Shown: one piece after another, positions 9,955 through 24,266 of the stretch | Layout of the letters: the number at the start of each line of letters is the position of its first letter | How positions within the stretch are numbered: position 1 is the stretch's first letter | From: Geosiphon pyriformis uo1 | Taxonomy: Eukaryota; Fungi; Glomeromycota | Direction: 5' to 3' | Assembly: GCA_016748015.1 (NCBI GenBank) | Contig: JAAOMT010000295.1 | Coordinates: 1,240,001-1,304,000, forward strand | DNA length: 64,000 nucleotides | Notes under the pieces: generated by a model | The model's database searches: none | Seen by the model: only the letters and a program-made list of their open reading frames with translations | What the model was told of the DNA's origin: nothing | Translations under genes and position numbers: made by a program

Positions 9955-11131
9955 GTGTATCTTTCAATGTTTTGATTAATTTCCCTAATAATTGGTACAA
10001 AACTGTAGTTTCTTGGTAAACTGATATGTTAAAACTATTCTGTATAGAAATTTTTTTTTGTGGATTTAATGTTAACTGTTTCTTCTAAGCAGTTTGTGAT
10101 TTTATTGTTAATGTAAAAGTTAAAGGCTGATTCTGCTGGGAAATGGTTATTGTTTAATCCTAATTGTTGGCTGTACTGTTGAAACAAGAATTTGGCAAAT
10201 CCTAAATGGTTTGCTTCTATGATTTCTAATTCTGCTACTTTTGTATGATTGTTGTTGGTACTGGTTTTCTGTAAGATTATATCTTACAGAGAGCACCAAA
10301 TGTTACAAATAATTATTTGGGGTCTCAAATCAAATAACAAAATCTATAACTTGGTGCTCAGAAGCTATTTATAATAATAGTAATTTGAAAGTATTGTTGT
10401 CTAAAAGTTTTGATTGAGTTCTTTGTATAATAGACAGAGATTCAATAGTTGTTTATCCATAGCTTCCCAGAATCACAATTCTGTTAATTTCTTTCTTTAG
10501 CTTGATGGCCAGTACTTCTCTGGTAAGTAATTTTTAATTTTTTTATGTACTCAACCCACTTGCAAGGGTCTTTTACCAGGCAATTTTTGATGTCAATAAC
10601 TCAGTGCTTTAATTCTTTAATCAATTAGTACACAACAAAAAAAATAAAAAAAATAAAAAAAATAAAAAAAATAAAGAAATAAGTCAAGGTGACAAAAATT
10701 AGTATTCTATCAATAGCCATAATTAAGAGCTATTGTTCTAGTGTGTTTAAGTATCACTTTCTATCAACATAAAATATTGATAGTAAAAGATAGATTTGAG
10801 ATAGTGAATAATTATTTATTTGATATTTGTGATATAGAAAATTGCTTAGATTAAATCTAAACTGAGAGGCTTTTTTTCTACTTCTAATACTACTAATATA
10901 TATACATAATTGAGATTCCTCAATTCCTTGATTCTTTACACCAAGAATCCTACAATTTTTTTGAGAGGAATTCTGAAATTCTGGAATCCTGTGATTTCTT
11001 GTATGAGAATCCTAAAATTCCTGGAATTCTGCAATTTTTTTAAGAGGAATTCTGAAATTCCACATTTATTATGGCTACTTCTAATTGGCTAATTTATATG
11101 CTAATATACTTTCTATATTTTATGAATAACA
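9955..11131 (-). mobile_element. Gypsy element B (A/D family): 5' LTR 10301-11131, PBS and start of ORF1; interrupted by A
   Basis: Minus-strand translation EANHLGFAKFLFQQYSQQLGLNNNHFPAESAFNFYIN matches A ORF1; LTR homologous to A and D; cut exactly at A's LTR end. Confidence 0.9.
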
Positions 11132-11319
11132 CTATATATTAAACAATAATTTTTTGACTAATTTATTATAATTATACATGTTTTTTATTATTAATTAAAT
11201 ATTTAAAAAATTTTTTACTATTAATTAAAACTTAAATAATTTAATCTAAATACAATTTTATTTGTTATTACTAATATAAGTTTTATATTTGAATTTTTAT
11301 TATTATTTACTTTTTGTAA

Positions 11320-14198
11320 TTAAAATTTATATTTTTTTATATTCAAAAATCCATTAAAAAATACATTTTTTAAAAAGAAGTTTTTTTAATCATTTAGTAT
11401 GGATAAATTCAAACTTTTTTTATTTAATTATAAGACTATTGTTAATCTGAGTATTGTTATTATAAAAAAGTCTATTAAAAATCCTGATATTGATAATAAT
11501 AGTAAATAAGTTCTTTTTAGAAAAAAAAAGAGAAATAAAGCATTAAAAAATAATATTAAAAACAAGATACTTTCTGCTAAGACTTTAAGTAGTCAATTTT
11601 AAAACTTTAAGACTGATAATACTACTGAATCTAATAGTATTAATATAGAAAAAAAGTATTTAATAGAGAAAACTAGTGTTAATTATGGTGAAAATATTGC
11701 TTTTAATGAAAAAAATCCAACTAAATGCCAAAAAGTCTATAAATTAAGACCAAAAAAACTCTAAGAAAGCCATTAGAAAAGATTAATTATTTAAGTAATA
11801 ATAATAATGTTTTTTTAAATGGTTTTTTAGTGTTTTTTTCCTTTTAAAAAATCTAGTCAATGTGTCTGTCAAAAAGTTTTTTGGTTTGAATATTGAATTA
11901 AACAAGGTTGTTAGAAAAACATCTCAAAAAAAATATACTATAATCAAAAAATTATTTTCAAAAATTAATGGTTTTAAAAGAGCATTTATCCTTTTTAAAT
12001 TTGCTGAAATTATTAAAATAACATTTACTTTTGAATTGAGTTTGATACAGGCTTTCAAAAAGACTAAAAATACAAATATTTTGGTAAATACTAATCTCAG
12101 AAAATCTGCTAAATGTTCAGATTGAGTTGTAATAATTAAGAAAATCCCAATTAGAATGTTAGCTAAAACTGTACATATTGTAATGTTTGAGTTTGAATTG
12201 ATTAAGTTAATCAAGATACAATTAGTAAAAATGTGGCAAAAGACTGTGATGAAATTCAAGCAATTTAATTATACTAATTTGATTATAGCAAAATAATCTA
12301 TTCTAATTAAAAAAAATATTATGTAAGTTGTTAAAACTAATTTGAACAAGAAAACATAGAATATAAAAAATTGTTATAGAACATTATTCTATACACTGTC
12401 AATAGAAACCAATACTTATAATATTTGGGATTTTATTAAATTAGTAAGTAAAAAAATATATGCAATTGATTGCCATTAGTTACATATACTTAAGCCAAAT
12501 ATGCAGTTATTTGTTTTAATTTTGCTGAGTTTTTAAATACTGTTATGAGAACTATACTAGTACTAAGAGATGCAAATTTATATTGGTCTTGTTTGGACTT
12601 TGTTAAGTATATAAAATATAAGAAATTAGGACATACTCTATTGAATTGTTCTATAGATAGGAAGATTTCTCTTGGTAATTTGTTATGTAGAATTTTTTTA
12701 TATGTAAATAAAAGCAGATTTATTACCATATATGTCAAGTATTCAATATTTGTTACTTATTCAGTTTTTTTTGGAGATGTTTCTTGGGCTAAAATTATTG
12801 GTAAATCTTTATTTTTTTTTTTTGTACAAAATAATTCAGCAAATTTTGGCTCTTTTTTAGAAATGAAGTCTCTTTTGTTCATATTAGTAGAATTGAATAA
12901 TAGATTTGCTGCTTTTAAGCACAATCTCACTAGTTTTGCAGAGCAAATTTATAAGCTGACTAAGAAGTTAAATACACTTGAACTAATAGTTTTCCAGCTT
13001 AATTCTGAATATTAACCATTGATAACCTTTTTATTACAGAATTAAGAGATAAATATAGTAATAAGTAAGAGTTTAGGTGTATTTACTTGTACTAAGACTA
13101 TAATAAAAACAATATTTTTAGATTTTTCAGTGGTTTATAAGTTAGAAAACAGTTTAAAATGTCTCTTAAACATAATTTTAGGTCTCTTAGCCAAGATGAA
13201 CAAATTTGGTTTGGGTTCAGAATTTTATTTACTTCAATAACCAGTTTTGTTTAAAAAATTATTATATGTTATGTCAAAAGCATGAACAATTTAACAAAAC
13301 AAGAAAATATTATTAGATAACATAAAAAATTAGGCAATTTAATTTTTATTATGACTGAAACAAAATTAAAGAAACAATGCAGATCTTAAATTAAAAACAA
13401 ATTTTCTGGTTTAAAAGTTTTTGTATTTGGTTTAGATTCTGGTTATTTAAATTCAGATGTGGTAATAATTATTAATAATATGTTTGCTTAGTATGTATAT
13501 AAAGTATTAAAAATTCCAGATTGTTATCTGTTAATTTGTCTTTTGTTTAATAGTAGTTTGTTAGTTGTGGTTTTAGAATTATATGCTGGGACTACAACTA
13601 TCAAGCATTGTAGCCAAGCAGACAAAATGAACATATTTATTGTTAAAGCAGTCAGTTTTGGGTTCTATATAGTATTAAGTAGAGATTTTAATGAAAATAA
13701 TTCAAAGAAAAGTGCTAGTTTTGGTAAATATTTTAATTTGGGTCTATATAATTCACTTATTGGTAGCTTTGTGACCAAGTTGCTGACATAAAGCAATTTG
13801 AAAAAAATAAAAAAAACCATTAATTATATTTTTGTTAGTAAACACTTTTCATTAATAATTGTTGACTATAAAGTTTCTGATATGGCTAAGTACTTTAATA
13901 CTAATTATATGGTTATGTTAGTTTCTTTTGACATAAGTAGTTTTTTGAATGTTTACTTGAATGCTATGTGTAAACAGGCCAATTGTAATTGATAAAAGTT
14001 TGAAATTAAGAATACTAATAAGCTAAAGTAAACTTGTTTTAAAGAGTGCTTAACAACAAGTTAGAATTCAATTTAACATAAATTTCAGATTACTAAAAGT
14101 TAAAGTGCTCTGAATGGAATGTAAAAGTACTTACAAAAGGTAATAGTGAATTTAGCAAAAAGTGTTTTTTATAAAATTTGGTATAATGAGTTTAATAT
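11320..14198 (+). mobile_element. LINE L-a segment 1: ORF1 (~11399-13240) and APE endonuclease part of ORF2, heavily decayed
   Basis: Homologous to L-b ORF1/ORF2 (KLFSKINGFKRA; RDFNE; KTINYIFVS; FNTNY); 5' boundary approximate. Confidence 0.82.
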
Positions 14199-14910
14199 TG
14201 TTATGAATTAGAGTAATAAGTTAATGGATAGCAAGGGAGAAGAGAATTGTAAGATGATAGAAATAATCAAAGAAAAAATTACAATATAAAAACAAATTGA
14301 ATGAGTAAAAATTTAATATGTATGATCAGTCTTATAAAAATCACAGTTGTAAATCTTTTCTGAAAATCTGAAGATAGAAAAATAATCCATGATTGTTAAT
14401 AAAATAACATTATTGCTATTATTTTATGTCTTAACTTGGCAATTCTTAGAATTAATAACAGGTATTATTGTGCTTTTTAATTGTTTCTTTATTCAATAAA
14501 TTACAAAAACAAGCAATTGCTTTTTAGGCTAATTTTAACAATACAAATTAAGAAAGAAAAAAAATAAAGTATGTGAATACCAACAAGTAATTTTTTATCT
14601 TAAGATGTTTAAATACTTAAAGATAGAAAAAATAAATAAGCAATATGAGAAAAAGTAATTAATAGTGAATTTTATTTCATTACTTTAATTATATTTTTCT
14701 ACAGCTAAGAAACTCATTGCTTATATAGCTACTAAAAGTGATCAATAATCAGATTAACAAATAAGTCAATAATCAAGTTAATAATCAGATTAACAGTCAA
14801 GTTATTAATTAGATTAATGATTACTATTTAAAAATAAAGTGGCTAATTATATGATATTAGTGGCTAATATATATAATAGCTAATAAAAAATATGAGTTTT
14901 AACTATAATA
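14199..14910 (-). repeat. 3' LTR of C
   Basis: Direct repeat of 21212-21876; PPT-like GAAAAGGATAA adjacent on minus strand; carries extra GTCAATAATCAGATTAA-type tandem units. Confidence 0.92.
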
Positions 14911-14919
14911 TTATCCTTT

Positions 14920-15580
14920 TCAAAGAGATTGAGCTTCAGTAAAATCAAGTTATTTATGAAATAATCTATTTGAAGAATTTTATCTAGCTTAAAATTAATT
15001 AGTTTATTAAAGTTTTTTGTGAATAAGGTATATAATATCTGAGACAAAATGAGTTTTGTATTCAAGAGACCAAATTTTTGTTTAAGAGTTTTGGCTTTTT
15101 TAGCAATAGTCAAAACTCTTGAAATATTTAATTATATAATATCTAAAATTTCTATTTGTATTTCTGAAGTTGTTTTCTTTATGAGTTTTATATCTTCTAT
15201 AATTTCACTAAGGTAACCATAAAGTTTTAATTGTTTTTCATATAACAAGTTTTTGTCTATAAACAAGATTTCTTGAATTGTATTTCTAATTGTGCTAAAA
15301 GATGCAAGTATTTTTGCTGTTATGCTTTTCAGCAAATATTTATTCATTTTGTTATCAATTTTTTCTCTTCTGGTAGTGGTGTTTTTTGGTCTAATAACAA
15401 TATGTGTTTCATTGTTATCAGTTATGGTGGTCTGTTTTCTAATAATTAAAGTAGTATTTGAATAGTTTTTGATCCAATATTTATAAAAAATATAAAAGAT
15501 GTTTTGAATGTTTTGATCCAGAAAATAATTGTTTATGTTAATTGAAGATATTTCTGTTTTAGGAATAGTGCATTTATTTA
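14920..15580 (-). pseudogene. ORF3 of C, unknown function
   Basis: PKTEISSININNYFLDQNIQNIFYIFYKYWIKNYS...MNKYLLKS...DFTEAQSL-TGA directly before the PPT; homologue in relic F. Confidence 0.65.
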
Positions 15581-15599
15581 TGTCTGATTTTTGCTGATT

Positions 15600-16891
15600 A
15601 TTTGGATTAGTATTATTATAACAAATAACTAATCATATTATTTGTAATATTTTTTGAGTCATATATTATCAACAGGATAATTATTAAAAATTGTTTTATA
15701 TTGATCTTGTAAGATATAAGAACCATTGTTCAAAACTTTGTTAATTATAAAGAGTTCTTTCTATTGGCTAAAGAATTTATTATCATAAATATTGTTTTTA
15801 TTTAAATGATATTCCAAAACTAAGTTACCAACACTTAAAGAAAGTGTTTTATAGGTTTTTTTCTTCTTAAGCTTTTTTTGGAACTGTTTTATTTTTTCAA
15901 AGACAATTATTTTTGCTTCTATCAAGAAGTCAAGAATGATACCAAGTCTTCTTTGCAAAATGTTTTTGTAATTCTCTATTGTGATTTCTTTAAAAGATAT
16001 TGTTTCAATGTCTGTTTTTATTGGTAGTGTTGTCATTTATCTATAAAGTAGATAAAAAGATTCATAACTTGTTATGTCATAATTCACAGTTCTATAAGCA
16101 AATAAAGCTGAAAGCTGTACTTTGTTTCATAAGTTTGTTTCTTTACTGGTTTTGGCTAAGGTTTTACATAGTGTTTTATTAAAATATTCTACTAAGCCAT
16201 TTGTTTAAGAGTGATAAGAAGAGAAAAATTTATAATGTATTTCCATTTTTCTTCAAAGTTTTTCAACCAATGTACTAAAAAAAGCTCTTTTTCTATTAAA
16301 TAAAAGTTCTTTGGAACAGCTATAGCAGCAAATAATATCTTTATAAATAAAATTAGTTATAAAAACTACTGTTTGGTTTGGGATAATTCTTGCTTCTATC
16401 TATTTTATAAGATAATTAGTAGCTATAATAATATATTTGTTGTTATTAAAAGTTATTGTTAAAGATCTAACAACATCTATACTAATTTTGTTAAATAATT
16501 GGCCAACAGAAATTGGATGGATATCTTTTTTTTAATTGGGTTTGTTTTTTTTTTAACAAGGATTACAGATTTTGATGTATTCAGCAATATTTTTTCTCAA
16601 GATAGGCCAATAATAGTGAGCTGAAGTTTTCTGAATTGTTTTTGTTTTTTCAAAGTGTTCAGCTAATAAATTAATATACATGTTATATATTACAATTTCT
16701 TTTTTTTCAAATCTAATGACTCTCTGGGAGTGATTAAGATCCTTTCTATTTTTTTTGTAAAGTTGATTCTGGCAGATCAAATAGAAATTTAATTGTTTGC
16801 ATAAATGTTTTTTTTGCTGTCAAATATAATCTGGTGGATATTGTTCTTTACCCAAAAATTCTATTAATGCAGAGTAGTTATTCAAGTCCAT
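15600..16891 (-). pseudogene. Integrase ORF of C with its own ATG
   Basis: ATG at 16891 (MDLNNYSALIEFLGKEQYPPDY), 65 nt after the RNase H stop at 16957-16959; YYWP...CNPC; 3' end approximate. Confidence 0.85.
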
Positions 16892-16956
16892 TATTATGTT
16901 TGTTTATAAGAGAGTTATTAATAATTAAATTGGTTTGGTTTGAGAAGATTGTACTA

Positions 16957-19900
16957 TTACTGGATAATAAATTTAGAGAAAACATTAGTGTTTTGATAAT
17001 TAGCTTCTTTACAATATTGAATGTTATAGTTGAATTTATTTAAGTAGAGTATCCAGTTTTTTTTATTGTATATTCAAACCAAGGCTTGATAATCTGTTAT
17101 CACTAAGAATTTTACATCAAAAAAATATTGATTCTAGCAATTAGTAATCCAAACTACTGTTAAGCATTCTTGTTTAGTAACTGAATAGTTTTTTTCTGCT
17201 GGTGTAAGGGTTTTACTGGCATATGCTATAGCATGTTCTCTGCCATCTTCATCTTTCTGTGAAAAAACAGTACCAAGTTTATAGCCAGATGTATTAGTGT
17301 GCAGAATAAAAAATTGATCCAAATCAAGTTGTTTAAGAATTGGTTCAGTAATAAGTTTTTTTTTTAAAGTTTCAAAAGCTTTTTGTTGATAAATGTTCTG
17401 ATAATAATTGACATTTTTCTTAAGTAGCTAATTAAAAGAAAAAACGATTTTGGAAAAATTCTTAATAAATTTGCAATAGTAAAAAGCCAAACCAAGAAAA
17501 GAACATAGTTTAAAAACATTCATTAGTTGTTTAATGTTCTAGACTTTTTCAATTTTACCTGGATCAGGAAAGATTTCATTTTTTGTAATAAGTTAACCAA
17601 AAAACTGGGTGAATTGTTGTCTAAAGAAAAATTTAATTGGATTTATCTTGAGACCAGTATTTCTAAGAAGATCAAAAACTTTTTGCAAGTGTTTAAGATG
17701 TTTATTTCAGGTTTTTGAGTATATTATTATATTGTCTAAGTAGACCAGAACAAAGTTTTTTTTTACTGATTCAAATACTTTGTCTATTAGACATTGAAAA
17801 ATATAAAAAACATTAATAAAACCAAAAAGCATGACTGTAAATTTGTAAGTACCATACTTAATGATAAAAACAGTTTTTTTTTCTGCTTTCTGGATCTATT
17901 TTTACTTGCCAGAATTTAGCAGTTAAGTTAATAGTTGAAAAAAAAGCAGCATCATTGAATTTGTCTAGTATTGTATCAATTTTGGAAAGTGGATACATGT
18001 CTTTTATAGTGATAGCATTTAATTGGCAATAATTAACACAAAAGCATTGAGTTTTATCTTTCTTGAATATTACTACAACTGAAAAAGCCCATTCATTTTT
18101 GGTTTTTTGTATAAATCTAAGATTTTTCATTCTGTTTATCTCTTTCTTGATAAACTCATTATTGTGTCAATTGGATTGATAAGGCTTTAGATGGATGAAG
18201 CAAGTTTCTCTGGTAATGATAGTGTGTTGTATTACATAAATTTATTCAGGAGTATTATCTTTTTTTGAGATAATTGGGCTATTTTTAGCCAACAGATTTT
18301 CAATGTTCACTTTTTCTTCTTTAAAAGAGAGTTTTTTTTTCTACTATAAGTGATTGGATCTTAGATGGCTTATTTTCAAAGGACTTCTGGTACTTTTTTT
18401 ATTTTTTTTCTGGGTATTAAACTAATTGATTCTCAATCTTTGTAATAAATTAAACAGAACTTGTATTCATCACTAGGAGAATACAAAGATTTATCATACC
18501 AGCATTAGACACAAAAACCATACTACTAATAACTATATTTGGCTTTCTTGTTAGGTTTTCTGTCAAAGATTTTTCTGAGTATGTTATAATAAAGCCAGCA
18601 GATTAGCTTGCTATTTATAATAATATCTTCTCTGTTGGCTTTGATATTATCTAGCTGCTTGTTATTATTGGTAAAGATAATATAAATAAGTTCAGCAGTT
18701 TTTTTTTGTTCTTCTTAATCATTTTTTTTATCACTTTCTTTATTATTTGATTTATTTAATTGTTTATCTTCTTGATTTTGCTTAGATAATAAAAGAGTTG
18801 TTTAATAATAGCACTTAATTACAATGGGCTTCTTATCATATCTGATGGTTAACTTACAGAGTTCATAGTCAAATAGTGCTTTGGCTTTCTTGAATTATTT
18901 ATTGTCAACAATTATGGTGTACTCTTTTGCTTTAAATACTTTCATGTTAGTTTTAATGCTAATATTATTAATGCAAACAAGAACAGCTTTGGGTATACTC
19001 AGACTTTTCTTTTTGTTACCATGTATATTAGTCATAAATTGAATAGAAAATTTATCAATCTTTCTTTTAATAGCTTTTAAAAAGTGTTTGACAATTATAT
19101 TAACAGATAATCTACTGTTTAGAATCAAGTTAATGAAGTAATTAGCCACTTGTGTTTTACAAATTAGAGAGATAATATTGCTGTTGTCAGTAAGTCTAGC
19201 TTAACGAGAGTACTTGTTGGTCTTTAGTATTTTTTTTTTTGAAATTAGAGATTTGTAAAAATTTTTCTTAAACTGTAAATAAGTTATTAGTTAGCCAAAT
19301 ATAATGTGTGTTGGGGTTTCCATAAAATCTTTAATAACAAAATAAAGACCAAATTTTTGTACAATTTTTGGGGGTTCTAACTTTAAAGAATTCTTAAAAA
19401 CTTTAGCCTTTGGTGTTTTATTGTTATTAGTAGTAAAAGTTAAAGCTTTGTTGAGTTCTAAAACAAAATCAACCTTGGCTTTTTTTTTTGTTAATTCAGA
19501 GGTGTTGATTATTAGTTTATCTATATTATGGTCATTATGAATTAGATTAAAAGTGTAAAAAGCGTTTTTTTCTGGTTAACTTGTATTTTTATTCTTTAAA
19601 GGTGCACCTACCAATTTAAAGACTAATAAACAATAGTTTTAACTAGAAGATCTTCTTCAAAGAAATTAATATTGATATAATTGGGTCTTTGATTAAGAAC
19701 ATTGTTATTAATAGTTCTGTTGTTTTAATTGTCATTGTTTTTAGGAATTGGAAAGGATAATAAAGAATTGTTGCAATCTCTAGAAAAATGTCCAATTAAT
19801 CTACAGCAATAGCATACAGGTGGATCACAATTTTGCTGTCTTTGATATGGTAGTTGCTGAGACTGATTAAAACATAATTCAAATTTGGATTTTTGTAGTT

Positions 19901-21170
19901 GCTAATTGTCTCTAACTGCTTAAACTAATAGTTCTAATAGTTGAGCTAGATTTGCTGTGAGTTTATCTATCAATTATTTATTTGGGTCTTGAATTTGGGC
20001 AGCAAAAAAAATAACAGCTATTTGTCTAGCAGAAGCCATAACAGAAGCAGGAGCAAAAACTAGAAGTGTAAATCTTAGGTGTATTCTTTGATTGTTTTTT
20101 ATTCTCTGGACAAGTTCAATAGTTATATCTATTGTGGAATTATTTTTTAGAGTCAAGAGAGGCCAAAAAACATATAAAAGATCAGTTTTCAATCCTTTTG
20201 TAAAGGAATAAATCTTTTGCTTTTTTATTTAATTTCTTTTAAAGTCTACTTATTTGATTAGTTTTTTTATTGCTTTAACATATTTAGTTACTACTTTTTC
20301 TGGGCCTTGGGTTTTTTTTTCTAATTTTATGTGCTATTTGGATATTAATATTGGAGTTCTGAATTTGTTTTTAAACCAAATGATAAAAGAGGTGTTGTCT
20401 TTTTCAGCATTTGCTAATGTCTATCTAATAATTCTTTGGTAAGCATTGGCATTGGTTTTTTGTAAAAACCAGATAACAAAAAAGCTTTAGAAGTATCCAC
20501 CAATAATTTGAAACTTGTATTTATTATCATATTAGTTGGCTGTAATAGTTTTTTCAAAGTTTTCTAATTATTCTATTGAATTTTGTACATTATTTTTGAA
20601 TAATAGTAATAAAGTATTGTTTTTTCATCATAGAGCAGTTTGTATATCCTGGAAGACAGCCAGAATGTTTGCTTGCATAGAATTATTAGCCATTGATTCA
20701 GAAGTAGCTGTTTAAATAGAATGTTCTAATTTATTTAAGAAGAGATCAAAAACAGAAACAGTTTGATAGCTTTCTTCTTCTGTTTTAAAGGGAGTTTTAG
20801 CTAACTAGTGGGCAGCAATCCAAATGTAAATTTGGTGATTTAGGTATTCGAAATCAAAAGGCTGTTGTTCAAAAATTGTGGAATATAAAAGCTAATTGAT
20901 GCTATTATTTCTTTCTTCAAAGTTGTCTTTAAAATAAGCTTAATCAAAGTAATAAGTTGTATAAACTGTGTAAGTTTTAGCTAAATGTTTGTTTAAGAAC
21001 CAGTTCTAAAAGTTTTGAAATTGTCTATTGGATTGTTCTTTAATAGGAAAGCAAATCAAACAGAAGGACAAAAAATTGATTTTAATAAAGTCTAGATTGT
21101 TTTTGTGTGTGTTTCAAAGTGTTTTTCTGATTATTGTAGCAGATATAAATAATTACTCATACAATAGGAA
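16957..21170 (-). pseudogene. Gag-PR-RT-RNase H ORF1 of C, decayed
   Basis: Track ORFs 19974-20192, 18895-19149, 17858-18130 and 17134-17322; start approximate. Confidence 0.85.
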
Positions 21171-21211
21171 ACAAGTGGATTTTAACAATCTTATAAGGAA
21201 CACTACTTTTA

Positions 21212-21876
21212 TGTTATGAGTTAAAGTAACAAGCTAATAAATAGTAAGAGAGAACAGAATTGTAGGTGATAGAAATAATCAAGAAAAGAATTACAATATG
21301 AGAGTAAATTGAATGAGTAAAAATTTAATGTACATGATTAGTCTTATAAAAATCACAGCTGCAAATCTTTTTTGGAAATTTAAAAATAGAAAAATAGTTT
21401 ATAATTGTTAACAAAATAACACTATTGCTATTATTCTATATTTCAACTTGGCAATTCTTAAAATCAATAACAGGTATTATTGTGTTTTTCAATTGTTTCT
21501 TTATTCAATAAATCACAAGAGCAAGCAATTATTTCTTAGGCTAATTCTAACAATACAAATCAAAAAAAAGAAAAAATAAGATATGTAAATGCCAACAAGT
21601 AATCTTTTATTCTAAGATGTTCAGATACTTGAAAATAAGAAAAAAGAAATAAGTGATATAAAAGAAAGTAATTAATAGTGGGTTTTATTTTGTTACTTTA
21701 ATTATGTTTTTTTACAGCTAAGAGACTCATTATTTATATAGCTATTGAAAGTGGTCAATGATCAAATCATTGATTAAGTTAATGATTACTATCTAAAAAT
21801 AAAGTGACTAATTATATGATATTAATAGCTAATACATGTTGTTAGCTAATAAAAAGTATAAGTTTTAACCATAACA
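21212..21876 (-). repeat. 5' LTR of C
   Basis: TGTTATG...CATAACA termini. Confidence 0.92.
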
Positions 21877-21880
21877 ATAT

Positions 21881-23420
21881 ATTAAAGAATAAACAATTTT
21901 CAAAGTTTTTTAAATTAGAATTGTTGGTCTTTAAGATTGTTAAATCAATTATCTTAAAAAATACTTCTGAAATTGACTACTTTATAAAAGTTTAGTTAAT
22001 AATTAATCATAATAAGGCTTCAAAATTCCAGTCTTTAATTGGGCAAAAAATAATATTCAAAAAAATTCTTGGTTATTTGTTTGAAATTAGAAAGAAATAT
22101 AATCTGTTAAAATTTTAGGAATTAGAAACAACTAAAGCATTGGCTATAAAAAATGCTATTGATAAGACAATAGAAAATTTTTACATTAACAAAAGCTGGA
22201 TAATAAGAAATATTTTGGAGCAGCCATTCTAAAAAGTGATGCTAAATTATTTGATGATTGACAACAAATTAGTACTGAAGCCAAATAAAATTAAAAATAA
22301 AATAGATAATATTATAATGAATTAAACAAAGAAGCATTTAGTGCCAAGAGTATTGTCTAATTCTTGGTCTTGTCAATATGCTTTCCTAAATTATGTAAAT
22401 AATAGTGTATTTTTTGAAGTAATAAAAAAAATTGGTGTTAAAAAACTGCAGTATGCAATTGGTTGTTTTCTTAATAATAAAGTAATCAGTTTTTCTGACA
22501 TTTCAAACAAATTATAGAAACATAGTAGTAATGGTGTTTTAGGGTGTCTATTAATTTTGTTGAACAATTGTTTAGTTTTGGAACTTGTTTTTTTATCTTA
22601 AAAAAAGGCTTGGGTTTTCATAATTCTAAAGTTTTATGATTAAGAAAAAATTTTGATAAATACTAAACTTATAGCTCTAATAGAAATAATAATAAAAATT
22701 CTTTTAAAAATTCTGTTAAATTGTATTTTATTTATTTGTGCCAAATTTAATGTTCTCTATAATATAAATTTTTTGGTGCTTAAAAACAGAACTACTTAAA
22801 ATTTTATTTTTGCAGTAGGCTTTATTGTTAAAAATACTTTGAAGAAAGGCAAAAAAATGTGACTGGTTTTATAAAACATATATAAAACGTATAATTCAAT
22901 TGGATAAATTCATCTAAGATAAAGTTTAAAGCATATAAAAATGTGCAAAAAGTTTGTTAAATTTTTTGATAATTTACATAATAACAGATTCAACAAAGTA
23001 ATGACTGACTTTAATCTTTTAAATAAATACAAAGTACATAATAGTTTAGACTAAAATGAAGTGTTTTTATTACTTTTTTGGAGGATATTTTACAATTTTT
23101 TTTTGTGTAAAGTAAAAAAAAATAAGCAATTATATAAATACTGTATTGATACTAAGTTTGTTGCCAAATTGAAAAAAGTAGAAACTAGTTCAAACAGAAC
23201 ATTATTTTTGCAGCTGGGGTTTTTATTGATAATACAATTTAAATAAAGAGTAGTCATATATTCACACAATATATTTTGAACATAACTAGTGAATTCTTTT
23301 TTATTAATGACATTTCAATTAACAATAAGAAGATAGTGGCTATTCTTATTAATCAAAGAATAAAGATTATCTTTTTGTCTATATGTGGATTGTTAATTAG
23401 AATTGCATGCAAGTGTGTAC
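21881..23420 (+). mobile_element. LINE L-a segment 2 (ORF2 RT region)
   Basis: Removing C plus one TSD rejoins WYNEFN-ILKNKQFSKFFKLELL in frame; homologous to L-b 37110-38670. Confidence 0.85.
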
Positions 23421-24253
23421 TGTTACAGATAATTATTTGGAGTCTTCAGTCAAATAACAAACCCATAACTTAGTGCTTGATTGGTATTTCTGGTGTTGAT
23501 ATTTGAAGATTTTGGTGTAGAGTTCTTTGTATAATAGACAAAGATTTAATAATGGTATTATTTATAGCTTCCCAAAACTGCAGTTTTGTCAATTTCTTTC
23601 TCAGCATGATGGCCGGTATTCCTCCTGATAAGTTATCTTCAATTGAGTATTCTACTCTTATTTCTGGGTCTTTTACCAGTTCTCTTGACATCAATACTTT
23701 GCATATTATTTTCTTTAATCAATTAATACACAACAATAAAAACCAAAGAAAAAAAATAAAAAAAAAAAATAAAAAAATAAGCCAAAGCAATTTGCAAGTT
23801 AGTGTTTTGTCAATAGCCATGATCAAGAGCTATTGTTCCAGTGTGGTTAAGTATTAATTGTTATTAACATGAAATGTTGATGGTGGAAAGTGGATTTTAA
23901 GATATTGAATAATTATTTATTAATATTTGGGATGTAGATGGTTTCTTAAATTTAACTCTAAACAGAAAGGTCTGTCTTTTCTACTTCTAACACTACTACT
24001 ATATATACATAATTGAAATTCCTCAATTCCTCAATTCTTCACACCAGGAATCCTAGAATTCTTGGAATCCTGCAATTTCATTTGAGAGGAATCCTGAAAT
24101 TCTGGAATCCTGCAATTCTTTGTATGAGAATCCTGAAATTTCTGGAATCTTACAATTCTTCTTAAGAGGAATCCTGGAATTCCACATTTACTACAACTAC
24201 TTCTGATTGGCTAATTTATATGCTAATATACTTCCTATATTTTATGAATAACA
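23421..24253 (-). repeat. 3' LTR of D
   Basis: TGTTAC...ATAACA termini; repeat of 32564-33383. Confidence 0.95.
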
Positions 24254-24266
24254 TTATTTTTTTCTT

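Larger units (their letters stand above)
14199..21876 (-). mobile_element. Ty3/Gypsy LTR retrotransposon C (second family, no dUTPase), full-length degenerate, TSD ATAT
   Basis: LTRs 14199-14910 and 21212-21876; ATAT at 14195-14198 and 21877-21880; CYCCRLIGHFSRDC knuckle (~19790); protease (~19130); RT YLDN (~17735); RNase H; IN. Confidence 0.92.
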
